Virus record (IMG/VR): IMGVR_UViG_3300033692_000004 | Location: 1-64,000 of that record | DNA: 64,000 bases | Source: a virus | Reading direction: 5' to 3' (one strand) | Shown: one piece after another, positions 54,225 to 63,785 of the stretch | How the letters are laid out: every line of letters begins with the position of its first letter | Numbering within the stretch: position 1 is the stretch's first letter | The notes under the pieces: generated by a model | The model's database searches: none | Seen by the model: only the letters and a program-made list of their open reading frames with translations | What the model was told of the DNA's origin: nothing | Translations under genes and position numbers: made by a program

Positions 54225-57200
54225 TTATAATTTAACTCCTATTAATGTGAAATATGCATCTGTAGTAACATCATAAGTCGCTTCAAATTTTAATACATCT
54301 GTCGAATTTATTGTAATTGGTAAAGATATAGTCGATGGAGTAGCACCATTTATGCCTAATCGTAAATCAGATATATTAGGTGATATTACAGAACTATCAT
54401 ATCTAACATCTCTGCCAACAACTGTTTTAAAAGAACTAAATCCGCTAAAGTACCCCGCTAAAGTAGCATCGCCTCTTGTAATACCAATGTTACCAATAAA
54501 TGTACCTCTAGCTATTCCATCTTCCCATAATGCAGTATTTGTCGTAAATGCTGCTAGTCCAGCGGAATTTTTAAATAGCCATCGAGCAGAGCCTTCAAGA
54601 GTAGTTCCACTTGGAATCCACGGCACATCTTCTACGATGATATCTATACCAGAAGAGTCCAAATTACTAATAAGCTTGGATGGATATTGTGTAAATATAT
54701 TTTTAAAAGTATATGTACCACCTCCCACAGATGTTATAGTTATGTGACTGTTAGAAGGTGTATTCTCTAAGTGCAAACCTCTACAACTAAATTCTTTAAC
54801 TACTGTACTATTTCTTCCATTAAAATATATATTATCCAATGGGTTTCCACCTTCACATATAACATTATCTAAGTGTATTCCGCTGCAAGATTCAATATAA
54901 ATACATGAATTCGATCCTGTAGAACTATATACTCGTACATTCCTTAATGTTGTTGAATTTGATTGACTGTTGGAAGTTGAACCTCCCCAAGAGCTGCCAT
55001 AATTTATATCTACGTGTCTATTAGAACATGACTGTAATAAAGTATTATTTATCTCTGTCATTAAAGCAAACTCTGTTCTTAACCCTGTATCAAAGCTTCC
55101 GAAATAACAGTCATTAATAGAACTTCCATAAGTAGCGCCTAAGAATAATCCCATTTGACCAGTTAGTCCGCTACCTATAAACTTAATACCTTTTATTTGG
55201 ATAGACGAACTAACCATTACTGATGCTTCAGATTGGTCAATAGGCTGTCTATTGAATATACGCACACTAGAAGTGTTAGTTTTTAGCGTACACCCATATC
55301 CTTCTATTAATAATGTGGAAGAACCGGAATCAACTTTTGTTAGATTAACAGTTGAATTTATTAAATATACTTTTGCTGGGATATATACTTTTTTAGGATT
55401 GTTTATACTTAAACTATCAAACATATTTTGAAATGAAGTAGCATCGTCTGTAACTCCATCTCCCACAGCTCCAAACATCTCAGGTGTTACATAATCTAAT
55501 TGACCATCTATACCATAAATCCAATCAGCTTTAACATACCTCTGTTCCCCTGTCAACTCATCCAATTTAGGCTTAATATATTTATCCGATTCAGCAAGAT
55601 AAGGGCTGTTAACCTGTCTGATACTTTTCAGTGCATCCCCTATATTTGTGCTATCAATTTCAGGGTAAGTGGCAATGATGTAATCAGTAAGCTGCATAAA
55701 TTCTGCATCTGTGGGTACTGTCCCATTCGTGGCTAACCCTAAAGCATTATCAACCGCATACCAGTTGTATAAGAGGCCGTAAGCGGCTATCATTTCAGCT
55801 TCAGAATCAATGCCTGAAACTAAATTGTGATCGTAAACGGCATAAGCCCCTGTTGTTAAATTAGACCAATCTGTGTCATTATAGCCGGTTGGAATTGGTG
55901 TTCCGTCAGCGTAAGAAGTAGTCTTCAAGTTAGTTGTTGACCAAACCTGGTCTCCTATTATTACACCGTCATAGGTGTTGCCATCGTAGTCTGAAAAAGT
56001 ACCGGATAATATTCTACCGTCTATTTTGTCACCGTCAGCGGGGACGTAGGGGCGGACGAGACGGATAGACATGCCATTTGTTTCTACTCCAGTAAAATCA
56101 AAAATAGAAAAATCACTAGAATTGTAATCGACATAAAATTGACTTTTGTCTTTAGACCATATGCCAAAAAATTCACCTATTCCCGCATAGCTTGGATTTG
56201 AGTTTCTGGTTCCTGCGGGCAGCGCGTCAAACCTAAAATTGTCAATTCCGTAAATATTAGAATCACCTGAATCGTCCCACCGTGGATGTTCGGTTGTGGC
56301 TGCTGAAAAAGTCTCCGGCTCCCATAGAGAGTCTTCTTTACTATAACCTAATGTTTCAACTAAATTGTCTAATGTAAATACTTTTATCCAACTACCTGGA
56401 TTATCAGTATCATCATAATCATTAGCTCTAGTCCCAGAATCATCACTGGAATCAAATTTATACCAAGCTTGTTCCGATGACACAAACACACTATCTGTAT
56501 TCTTATACCCAGTAAGAGCTTTTAAAGTATTTAGATCAGCTACAGCAGTATTAGAAGTATTACCACTAGATAGTTCTACTTGAGTACCTTGATATACCCA
56601 CTTTTCAGGATTAGTTTCAGGACTCTCGCCAGCAGTTGTATCTACATCACAACGATATATTGCTTCATTTTGAAATTGTGGATCTGAAGAACCTGCATTT
56701 ACATATGATACAAATGTGTTACCTGCTGTATACGCTTTAGTATCATCCCAAACTTCAACAGTATCTAATGTAATAGTTTCTGATTCAGGGGGATCTACAA
56801 ACTTAAGACCGTCCTCTCCGTCATTTATTGCTACAAATTTACCAGACAACCCTGTATAGTCTGTAGGAGTATCAATAAGATCTAAGAAACTTATTTGAGA
56901 ATTATCCACAGTAGTTCCTTGTAATTCCCATTTAGTTTGTGCTGATTCAGGAGATTCCCCAGCTGATGTAGTTGTTATACACCTATATATAGCAGGGGTC
57001 TGGAATTGAGGATCGCTAGACTCTGTATTGACATAACTAACGAAGGTGTTACCAGCTTGGTATATCTTATCTGAACGCCATACTTCTACATCTTCTACTT
57101 CTAATACAGTACTTTGAGTAAGTGCCTTTATAGCAGAATAAGACCTATAATACCAAATATCGTCTGGTACATTATAGGCAAGCTGACCTATCATTAAGTC

Positions 57201-57317
57201 AGATTCTTTATTGAACCTACTATCCGTGGGCATTATTGTGGCTGGGTTTGGAATTGTAGGTTTAGCCCCGGCTTCTGTCAATATAAGAGGTTGTATTGGT
57301 GCTGTATATTTTGCCAT
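54225..57317 (-). CDS. Multidomain tail fibre/spike (1,030 aa): 2x CBM5/12-like repeats + FISUMP lectin-like region + pectate-lyase-type beta-helix
   Basis: aa 77-135 and 187-245 are near-identical W...Y.AGN.FVSY...IYRC....AGESPE....KW repeats. DGNTYDGVIIGDQVWSTTNL...YGLLYNWYAV plus FDALPAGTR...SIRLVRP are FISUMP (Fibrobacter succinogenes major paralogous domain) blocks. TPEMFGAVGDGVTDDATSFQ is the pectate_lyase_3-type N-cap. Confidence 0.65.
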   Translation of the reverse strand: MAKYTAPIQPLILTEAGAKPTIPNPATIMPTDSRFNKESDLMIGQLAYNVPDDIWYYRSYSAIKALTQSTVLEVEDVEVWRSDKIYQAGNTFVSYVNTESSDPQFQTPAIYRCITTTSAGESPESAQTKWELQGTTVDNSQISFLDLIDTPTDYTGLSGKFVAINDGEDGLKFVDPPESETITLDTVEVWDDTKAYTAGNTFVSYVNAGSSDPQFQNEAIYRCDVDTTAGESPETNPEKWVYQGTQVELSSGNTSNTAVADLNTLKALTGYKNTDSVFVSSEQAWYKFDSSDDSGTRANDYDDTDNPGSWIKVFTLDNLVETLGYSKEDSLWEPETFSAATTEHPRWDDSGDSNIYGIDNFRFDALPAGTRNSNPSYAGIGEFFGIWSKDKSQFYVDYNSSDFSIFDFTGVETNGMSIRLVRPYVPADGDKIDGRILSGTFSDYDGNTYDGVIIGDQVWSTTNLKTTSYADGTPIPTGYNDTDWSNLTTGAYAVYDHNLVSGIDSEAEMIAAYGLLYNWYAVDNALGLATNGTVPTDAEFMQLTDYIIATYPEIDSTNIGDALKSIRQVNSPYLAESDKYIKPKLDELTGEQRYVKADWIYGIDGQLDYVTPEMFGAVGDGVTDDATSFQNMFDSLSINNPKKVYIPAKVYLINSTVNLTKVDSGSSTLLIEGYGCTLKTNTSSVRIFNRQPIDQSEASVMVSSSIQIKGIKFIGSGLTGQMGLFLGATYGSSINDCYFGSFDTGLRTEFALMTEINNTLLQSCSNRHVDINYGSSWGGSTSNSQSNSTTLRNVRVYSSTGSNSCIYIESCSGIHLDNVICEGGNPLDNIYFNGRNSTVVKEFSCRGLHLENTPSNSHITITSVGGGTYTFKNIFTQYPSKLISNLDSSGIDIIVEDVPWIPSGTTLEGSARWLFKNSAGLAAFTTNTALWEDGIARGTFIGNIGITRGDATLAGYFSGFSSFKTVVGRDVRYDSSVISPNISDLRLGINGATPSTISLPITINSTDVLKFEATYDVTTDAYFTLIGVKL

Positions 57318-57321
57318 AATT

Positions 57322-59124
57322 TTAAATATCTTTTACTAATCTTACTGAAAGAGCATAGTTACTAATTGGAGAACCTGAATAACTTGTAGATTCAAAATAC
57401 CTTGCAGTCGGCCATGCAGTTGACCCATTACTAGTTACGGTGAGATATATATATCCAGTAGACGCCCAGTAACCAGCCCCCAGTGCTCTAGCATAGACTC
57501 TATAAATAGAGTTGGGTATCAAGTAGGACCCGGCAGGTACTAAGGCTAGCCCCAAATCATCGAATGAACTAGCTGCCCAAGGAACAAAAACATCTTGATT
57601 CTGATTGTACCAAAATCCAGGGTTATTTTTTGTAGACCATAAAGTCTCGTACCCAGCCATTGCTTCCTTTTGAACATATATAGATCCAAATGAAGCTATA
57701 AAGTCACTTTCTGTAGGCAATCTATAACCTGGATTTGCAGCCAACAATCTAAATACTGCATCCTCTGAATACAACAATCCAAAAGAAGCTATATTCGCGT
57801 CCGAGCCATCCACTTCTTTTGGCGTGAATATGCCAGTACCAGAATCATTCCAATCTTCATTAGATGTCTTCCATATAGTATCACCTATTTTAACTTCGTT
57901 AGGTTGTAAATTATTATCTATAGAAGTAATAGCTACTGATTTATTAGGTAAATTACCGTAAGAAGGGTCAATGGATGATGGGTTTAATACTATAGTGGTA
58001 TTTTTATCCCCTATATCTGTATTTTCTATAGCATTAACTGTAACAGTTTGATTAGTACTATAATTTAATGGTGTGAAAGTTAGGGAGTTACTGCCTACTG
58101 TAGCTATATCAGTATCAGAAGAACTTACTGATATATTAACATTGCTAGTTGGTTCTGTAGCTAACCTTACATTAAAAGTATCTGAAGTACCTTCTGTAAT
58201 AGACATACATGTATTAGATTTAGAAAGTATATAATCAGCGTTATCTAAATCAGCTACATCAACTGAAATATACTTTGACGTTAGATTAGTATAATTAGAG
58301 TCATTTGAGCTGCTTACAGCTATAGTAATAGTTGTACTGTCTGTAACAGAATTAGCGTCTGAAACGCCATTTATTTGAATATTTTGGGGGGTATCATAAT
58401 TGGCAGTATTAAAAGTAATAGAACCCTGTACCACTGTAGCTATATTAGTATCTTGCGATATAACAGATAATACCACATCGTCTGTAGGTTCCCTATCAAG
58501 TACTACAGTAACAATAGTAGCACCTCCTTCTGCAATGTTCACAGAAGTAGAAGATAGTCTTATATTAGCTGCTGGTAAAGGGTCTGGTTGAATATAACCT
58601 TTACCACTGAAATCCGATAAAGTAATATAATCTATATTTAAAGATACTTGATTATTATCAGGGTTTACGGTAAACTCATCGGATAAATCAGTATATTTAA
58701 TACGTTCATTAAGAGCTTCTTCTAATCCACTAACATCTGATAGAAATATAGTATTATCTCCTATTGTACCGACCTTACCTTGTCTCTGCCATTTATCAGG
58801 ATGTGATTCTGGGGACTCACCTGCACTGGTATTTTCCACACACCTATAAATATATTCCTCAGATAAAGGGTCACTTTCCGGTAGTATATCATAATCAGGA
58901 GATTTATAACTTACAAAATTATCCCCAGCTAAATATGCTTTAGTAGGGTCCCATACTTCTACAGATACTGACGGAGTATCAGTTATCTTACGAAGAAATT
59001 TACCATTTTGGTATAATAATATATCCTGACCATCCCAGGCTAACTCAATCTCATCACGCTCTCTTCTCCAAATACGTAATGTAGTAGACTGTATAGGCTT
59101 TATAAATCCTTGTAATTTACCCAT
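57322..59124 (-). CDS. Tail fibre (600 aa): CBM5/12-like repeat + two Ig/Calx-beta-like repeats + C-terminal FISUMP lectin domain
   Basis: VEVWDPTKAYLAGDNFVSY...YIYRCVENTSAGESPESHPDKW. Tandem ~90-aa repeats (VNIAEGGATIVTVVLDREPTDDVVLSV...ITFNTANYDTPQNIQI and MSITEGTSDTFNVRLATEPTSNVNISV...LTFTPLNYSTNQTVTV). VKIGDTIWKTSN...FGLLYS...YRLPTESDF...LVPAGSY...SVRLVKDI. Confidence 0.6.
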   Translation of the reverse strand: MGKLQGFIKPIQSTTLRIWRRERDEIELAWDGQDILLYQNGKFLRKITDTPSVSVEVWDPTKAYLAGDNFVSYKSPDYDILPESDPLSEEYIYRCVENTSAGESPESHPDKWQRQGKVGTIGDNTIFLSDVSGLEEALNERIKYTDLSDEFTVNPDNNQVSLNIDYITLSDFSGKGYIQPDPLPAANIRLSSTSVNIAEGGATIVTVVLDREPTDDVVLSVISQDTNIATVVQGSITFNTANYDTPQNIQINGVSDANSVTDSTTITIAVSSSNDSNYTNLTSKYISVDVADLDNADYILSKSNTCMSITEGTSDTFNVRLATEPTSNVNISVSSSDTDIATVGSNSLTFTPLNYSTNQTVTVNAIENTDIGDKNTTIVLNPSSIDPSYGNLPNKSVAITSIDNNLQPNEVKIGDTIWKTSNEDWNDSGTGIFTPKEVDGSDANIASFGLLYSEDAVFRLLAANPGYRLPTESDFIASFGSIYVQKEAMAGYETLWSTKNNPGFWYNQNQDVFVPWAASSFDDLGLALVPAGSYLIPNSIYRVYARALGAGYWASTGYIYLTVTSNGSTAWPTARYFESTSYSGSPISNYALSVRLVKDI

Positions 59125-59214
59125 TCTAAATTATTTAACAGCTAAAAATATGTAATATATATTAATATATCAAATTTTAATCAATAGGTAATAGACCTTA
59201 CATTATTTTTCATT

Positions 59215-59237
59215 AAAAAAGGGGGCTACTAACCCCC
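59215..59237 (-). terminator. Rho-independent terminator after the 412-aa gene
   Basis: On the - strand: GGGGG-TTAGTAG-CCCCC followed by TTTTTT (+ strand A-run 59215-59220). Confidence 0.6.
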
Positions 59238-59272
59238 TAATTTAACTTAAAATTTATTTATGATTAGGCAAT

Positions 59273-59318
59273 ACCTAATACAGTTTTAAGATCAGACCTA
59301 ATACAGTTTTAAGATCAG
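59273..59318 (-). repeat. Perfect 23-bp tandem duplication spanning the stop codon of the 412-aa gene
   Basis: ACCTAATACAGTTTTAAGATCAG occurs at 59273-59295 and again at 59296-59318, head to tail. Confidence 0.95.
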
Positions 59319-60513
59319 TATGTACAGTAGAAACCGACTCATCTTCTGTAGCAATCATTACATTACCAAAGGATGATACCAGACTGTCAATACTACGTGC
59401 ATTCTTATCTACGTAAGAGAATGTTACTTGGTCATATACTTTACCAGAAGTGGCTTCAAGTACATTTTCTACAGGATAATCTGCAACTCTAAAGGGCTCT
59501 CCACGATTACCTTTCAGGAACCACTCATTTTGGGCAACTTCCCAATATGTACCAGCTCCAACAGAAGGAGCAGCCAACTCTGACAGAGTAGTGCTACCAA
59601 ACTCATCTTTAAGTTCAATAGTAAACTCAGTTACATCATAACGGATAACCCCAGCTTGGAAATCATCAGTCAACGGCAGTGCAGTCAGCTTAACACCTGC
59701 GGCAGCACTAGCAGCAGCAGCAGAGGCAATATACTCAGCACTTGCTTCAGCAACTACTTCACTATCCCCTTGATAAGGCATATTAAGAGTAATAATTTCA
59801 TTGACAGTGTCAATAGCTGTTACTTTATAAACAGGATCAGTAGTAGCTGTTCCAAATCTTAAATAACCACCTACAGAAAGTACAGCACCAGCATTGGGAG
59901 GAGTAGTACCACCATCTGGAGAAATAGCTTGTACATATTTACTACCATTTACAACTTTAAGATTACCAGTACCAGTAACAGCTGCACCAGCATCACTAAG
60001 CAGAATTTCTGCCTTAATAATAGGCGGATTTTCACGAGCAAAGTTCTTATTAAAGTTAACAGCTAATCCGTCTGCAATTTCAATTTGAGTAGCAGAGTCT
60101 GAACTATAGTAAGCTGCAAATTTTACAGGAATACCTCTACCAAAAGTTTTACTATTATCCCGCCAGAAAATATGAGTTACATACTCATTATTGTTAATAG
60201 CATCAATAGAACCAGAAGTTCCATTATAACCAATAGCTCTAGACCTTTGGGTAGGAGCTGTATAAGTAACTGCACTCTTATCCTTAATATAGTCATACTC
60301 AATTACAGGAGTTTCAACTACAACACCTTTAGAATTTTTATAGGCTACTGTAAAGCGATCACCTGCTGAAAGAGCATCAGTTTTTGCAGTTTTAGAACCC
60401 ACGAGAAATACACCAATTTGACCTACAGCCAAATCATTTCTAGTTTCAGCAGCAGTTAAAAGATCAGTATCTTTTCCTACTAGCATATGGGTTACATTAC
60501 TTTGTGAAATCAT
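59275..60513 (-). CDS. Abundant virion protein candidate (412 aa): second capsid protein (auxiliary/decoration) or alternative major capsid protein
   Basis: Beta-rich with an Ala-rich linker (ASAAAASAAAG). Followed by the clearest terminator in the late arm, as expected for a highly expressed structural gene. Confidence 0.4.
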   Translation of the reverse strand: MISQSNVTHMLVGKDTDLLTAAETRNDLAVGQIGVFLVGSKTAKTDALSAGDRFTVAYKNSKGVVVETPVIEYDYIKDKSAVTYTAPTQRSRAIGYNGTSGSIDAINNNEYVTHIFWRDNSKTFGRGIPVKFAAYYSSDSATQIEIADGLAVNFNKNFARENPPIIKAEILLSDAGAAVTGTGNLKVVNGSKYVQAISPDGGTTPPNAGAVLSVGGYLRFGTATTDPVYKVTAIDTVNEIITLNMPYQGDSEVVAEASAEYIASAAAASAAAGVKLTALPLTDDFQAGVIRYDVTEFTIELKDEFGSTTLSELAAPSVGAGTYWEVAQNEWFLKGNRGEPFRVADYPVENVLEATSGKVYDQVTFSYVDKNARSIDSLVSSFGNVMIATEDESVSTVHTDLKTVLGLILKLY

Positions 60514-60552
60514 TTTTATTCAATTTAAATTCGACAATTATATAATTAATTA

Positions 60553-61323
60553 TTAATCATTACGTTGTTGTTCATTAACACCTAGTTGGTATTTTTCTTC
60601 CTGAGTAGCTGCCTGTGCTATAATCACAGCTTCATCTACTATTTCCCTATGAAGAGTTTCGTCAAGAACACAGTGTCTTTGATTTGTAGGGTCAAACTCA
60701 TCTACTACAATCTCAGGTGGTGTAGCTAAGTATCTAACTCTGTATTTATCTACTGTAGCTGCTTCTGGGAGTATAAGCTCAGTACGTTTAGCAGAAGCAG
60801 CTGTGCTGGTTCCTTCAGCATGCTGATACCTACTAATATCCATTCTCCATATAAGATCCTTATATGGCTTTTTATAGGGATTATTTATATTAGCTAAATA
60901 TTCATCATGCTTTACAGGTCTAACCCAGGCTTCTTTGGGTTCATCCACAAGCTTAACTGCTTCCTCTACTGAATATAAAAAGTCTATAGGCATATCAAAA
61001 AATACCCCTTCTGGGTGTGCTCCACCTTGTTGGGCAGACTGAGTAATAGGTTCCACACCATCAGGTAAAGCCACCCCTGTTGGGTCGGAAGAATCATATA
61101 GTGCAGGTTTGATCAATTGCTCTAAATCACGCCTACGCTGTTCATCTGCTTCAAAACCCTTTTGATATTTATTAGCAAGAGGGTTATATCGTTTTATAAA
61201 TACCCTGAATTGGGCTTCAGTTAAAAGATAACTTATCTGTCTGTCGTCATATGCTGGAGCAGAGAACTCAAACAGACTATCAAATTTTAACTGAAAGTTG
61301 AATTTCATTTGATTCGAAGTCAT
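60553..61323 (-). CDS. Hypothetical head-module protein (256 aa)
   Basis: ORF between the two capsid-candidate genes; no motif. Confidence 0.5.
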   Translation of the reverse strand: MTSNQMKFNFQLKFDSLFEFSAPAYDDRQISYLLTEAQFRVFIKRYNPLANKYQKGFEADEQRRRDLEQLIKPALYDSSDPTGVALPDGVEPITQSAQQGGAHPEGVFFDMPIDFLYSVEEAVKLVDEPKEAWVRPVKHDEYLANINNPYKKPYKDLIWRMDISRYQHAEGTSTAASAKRTELILPEAATVDKYRVRYLATPPEIVVDEFDPTNQRHCVLDETLHREIVDEAVIIAQAATQEEKYQLGVNEQQRND

Positions 61324-61342
61324 TGACTATCAGTTTGTTATG

Positions 61343-62209
61343 TTATTTACTATTAAGCTCTAATCGTTGTTGAATCAAAAGTTTATCTTCCCGACCTGCA
61401 ATTGAATCAAAATAATCTACAACTTGAGCCATATTTTTACCTAAGAGTTGGTCATTAGAAGACAATCTATAATTACCATTCTTTTGTACCACCTCACCAA
61501 TTTCCATTGCATCAAGTACAAATAGTTTAGAAGGTAGTTTTGCATCGTCTGCGGTGTTAATAAAGTCATCAATAGATAAAATACCAGGTGCTTTTTGCTT
61601 CTGACTAATAATCTTATCAAGCTCTGATTTAAGCCATTTAGTATCCTCCTTAGCTTTCTTAGGTACATTACCTTTAAGAACCCTGAGGATATCATACATC
61701 TTCTTATTAGACTTCTTAACCTTCATAAACAGCTCCATAGCTCGTTCATTCTTCTCAGCAATCTTGTAGTTATCATCAATAATTTGTGACTCACTTACTA
61801 AAGCGAATTCATAACCAGGATTACTGTTACGGGCTTCCCATGAGGGTGCAATACGTTTTTTATTAGCTTTAAGTACCTTATACTCTAACATATGTGAAGG
61901 AATACTCAGATCAAGGGTTTTACCCTCTTTAGTAAGGGTTACTGTAAATGTAGTCCAATACTCACTATGTCTATCATATACTGATAAAGAACCCTTTTTT
62001 AACCCTAATTCTTCCTCAAAGTACTCCTGTTCAGACTTACTCTCAAATATATCTACATAGCTACGTGTGCTATTAGAATAAGGTAACATATAGCCTTTAG
62101 TTGTACCCGAAAACATGAACTCCCCATCATGACCTTTACTGAAAAAAGACCGTTGTCTTACAATAGGTTTAATCTCTACTCTCTCTTCTCGCAAAAAATT
62201 GTTATCCAT
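61343..62209 (-). CDS. Hypothetical head-module protein (288 aa)
   Basis: ORF downstream of the 496-aa gene. K/E-rich central helix region; no motif. Confidence 0.5.
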   Translation of the reverse strand: MDNNFLREERVEIKPIVRQRSFFSKGHDGEFMFSGTTKGYMLPYSNSTRSYVDIFESKSEQEYFEEELGLKKGSLSVYDRHSEYWTTFTVTLTKEGKTLDLSIPSHMLEYKVLKANKKRIAPSWEARNSNPGYEFALVSESQIIDDNYKIAEKNERAMELFMKVKKSNKKMYDILRVLKGNVPKKAKEDTKWLKSELDKIISQKQKAPGILSIDDFINTADDAKLPSKLFVLDAMEIGEVVQKNGNYRLSSNDQLLGKNMAQVVDYFDSIAGREDKLLIQQRLELNSK

Positions 62210-62294
62210 ACTGTGATTTAATTAAATTTAGTTGTTAATTAGAGGTCATGGGCAGAACCAACCACCCATAACCGAATTGAGAATATATTTATTA

Positions 62295-63785
62295 TTAGCC
62301 GAGAACATTAGGTATAAGTTCCCCGAGCCTCATTGGGTTACGAACCATCACTCCAGCCCAGTCAGCTTTGGTAATCTCATAACCATCAACCTTACTAGCC
62401 ATGATTTTGGGAGTACCTTGTCCACCTGGTGAATATGGATCACGCAATCCAGGCAAGTATCCAAACTGCTCAGGGTTGTTCTTAGAACGAACCAACTGAA
62501 TGTTAGGAGCACCTTGAGAAGAACCGAAGTCCATAATAGTCATTCTATGAGATTCTGCAAGACCTCCGTCTGGATGTGTAATCTTATTACGGACTGCATC
62601 ATCATATTGAGGAATGTGCATAAACTCTAGACGGATACCATTAATATCAGCCAATTTAACGTATTGAGGACGCTGGAATGAAGCTTTACTTCCACCAGTA
62701 ATTCCAGTAATACGATCATAGTCCAATGCGCTAGATGAAGCATAACGCTCGATTTCACGAGAGATAACTTTTAACCCATGCTCACCAGTACCGATTACAA
62801 ATCTACGAGAGTCTTCAGGAAGTTTACCTACTGATAAGCTCAAGCAGTAATCAACAAGGGTCTCAATATTGAACTTATTGTAGTACAATACATTTGACGG
62901 AGAGATTTGCTCACGCAATCCCATACCTGCTTTGATTTCATAGCCAGAGTCACCGAGGTTAGCATATGTACCATCAGCTCTACGGTTAGATTGACCAAAC
63001 ATCAATAGTTTAGCTTTCTCACGACGGAACTGACGACGGAATTCCCAGTCAAGTTTATTCAGCCAAGTTTTAATCGGCTTATTATCTTTACCATGAACAC
63101 CAAATACTACAGGGCTATTCTCCTTTTTATTAATCATATCACCAGGAACTGTATGCTCTTTACGAATAAATGACATACGGTTGGCCATACGGAAGGGAGA
63201 AGTGAAGCTGAGATCAGAACCTTTCTTAGAAAGAGTTTGTTCTGATAGAGAATATTCTACACTCCAACGGGTTCCTGCCTCAATTTCTTCAGGTGGTAGA
63301 TATAGTTCAGTGTTACCTGTTACAAGTTCAGCCTCGTATACAAAGTAAGCACCACGTTGCTCCCCATCAGTACGAAGAAGTACCTTATAGAGATCTGGGT
63401 TCTCTCCTACAATTACATGTTGCTGGAAAAACAGTTTTTCTGAGAACCACAACATAAATCGTTGACCATGTTTACCTACTTCATCAGTAGCTGCAAATTC
63501 TGAACCACTTAGATCAGTAGCCTTTACAAGTGGAATATTCTTTTCTTCAGCACCTTGAAGCAACCATTCAAATTCTTTATCATCATCAAGATAATAAGTA
63601 GGATATTGCTCCATATATGAAATAAGGTCTTCACCAAGGTCAAGATATTCCAGTCTGGAAATAAAATCACCAATCATTTCAGGTTGCTCTCCAAACAAAG
63701 CACCAAGATGGTTTCGGGTAGTTAGCCCCGCCCAGTCTTTAGATTCGACTCTTATGCTGGGAAAACTAGATTTACTTACACTCAT
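62295..63785 (-). CDS. Putative major capsid protein (HK97-fold, crAss-like size class, 496 aa)
   Basis: The amphipathic helix TWLNKLDWEFRRQFRREKAKLLMFG is a candidate spine helix. The C-terminal half is G/P- and beta-rich rather than helical, which argues against a portal crown. The size is close to what I recall for crAss-like MCPs. Not verifiable without a profile search. Confidence 0.45.
   Translation of the reverse strand: MSVSKSSFPSIRVESKDWAGLTTRNHLGALFGEQPEMIGDFISRLEYLDLGEDLISYMEQYPTYYLDDDKEFEWLLQGAEEKNIPLVKATDLSGSEFAATDEVGKHGQRFMLWFSEKLFFQQHVIVGENPDLYKVLLRTDGEQRGAYFVYEAELVTGNTELYLPPEEIEAGTRWSVEYSLSEQTLSKKGSDLSFTSPFRMANRMSFIRKEHTVPGDMINKKENSPVVFGVHGKDNKPIKTWLNKLDWEFRRQFRREKAKLLMFGQSNRRADGTYANLGDSGYEIKAGMGLREQISPSNVLYYNKFNIETLVDYCLSLSVGKLPEDSRRFVIGTGEHGLKVISREIERYASSSALDYDRITGITGGSKASFQRPQYVKLADINGIRLEFMHIPQYDDAVRNKITHPDGGLAESHRMTIMDFGSSQGAPNIQLVRSKNNPEQFGYLPGLRDPYSPGGQGTPKIMASKVDGYEITKADWAGVMVRNPMRLGELIPNVLG

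Noticed and set aside
46086-62432. + strand ORFs inside the late-arm genes: 46086-46277, 51511-51711, 51743-51991, 52384-52599, 52449-52688, 53428-53658, 54352-54747, 55500-55736, 58400-58591, 59656-59862, 59894-60088, 60172-60369, 62232-62432. Also - strand ORF 61441-61695.
   Set aside because: All overlap stronger - strand genes. The longest (54352-54747, 131 aa) lies antisense to the beta-helix region, where repetitive rung codons keep the opposite frame open.
62295-63785. 496-aa protein as the portal protein.
   Set aside because: The gene order (a large gene at the head of the module) would allow it. But the C-terminal half is Gly/Pro/beta-rich with no long crown or stem helices, and the size fits crAss-like MCPs. 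Not fully excluded; flagged in the findings.
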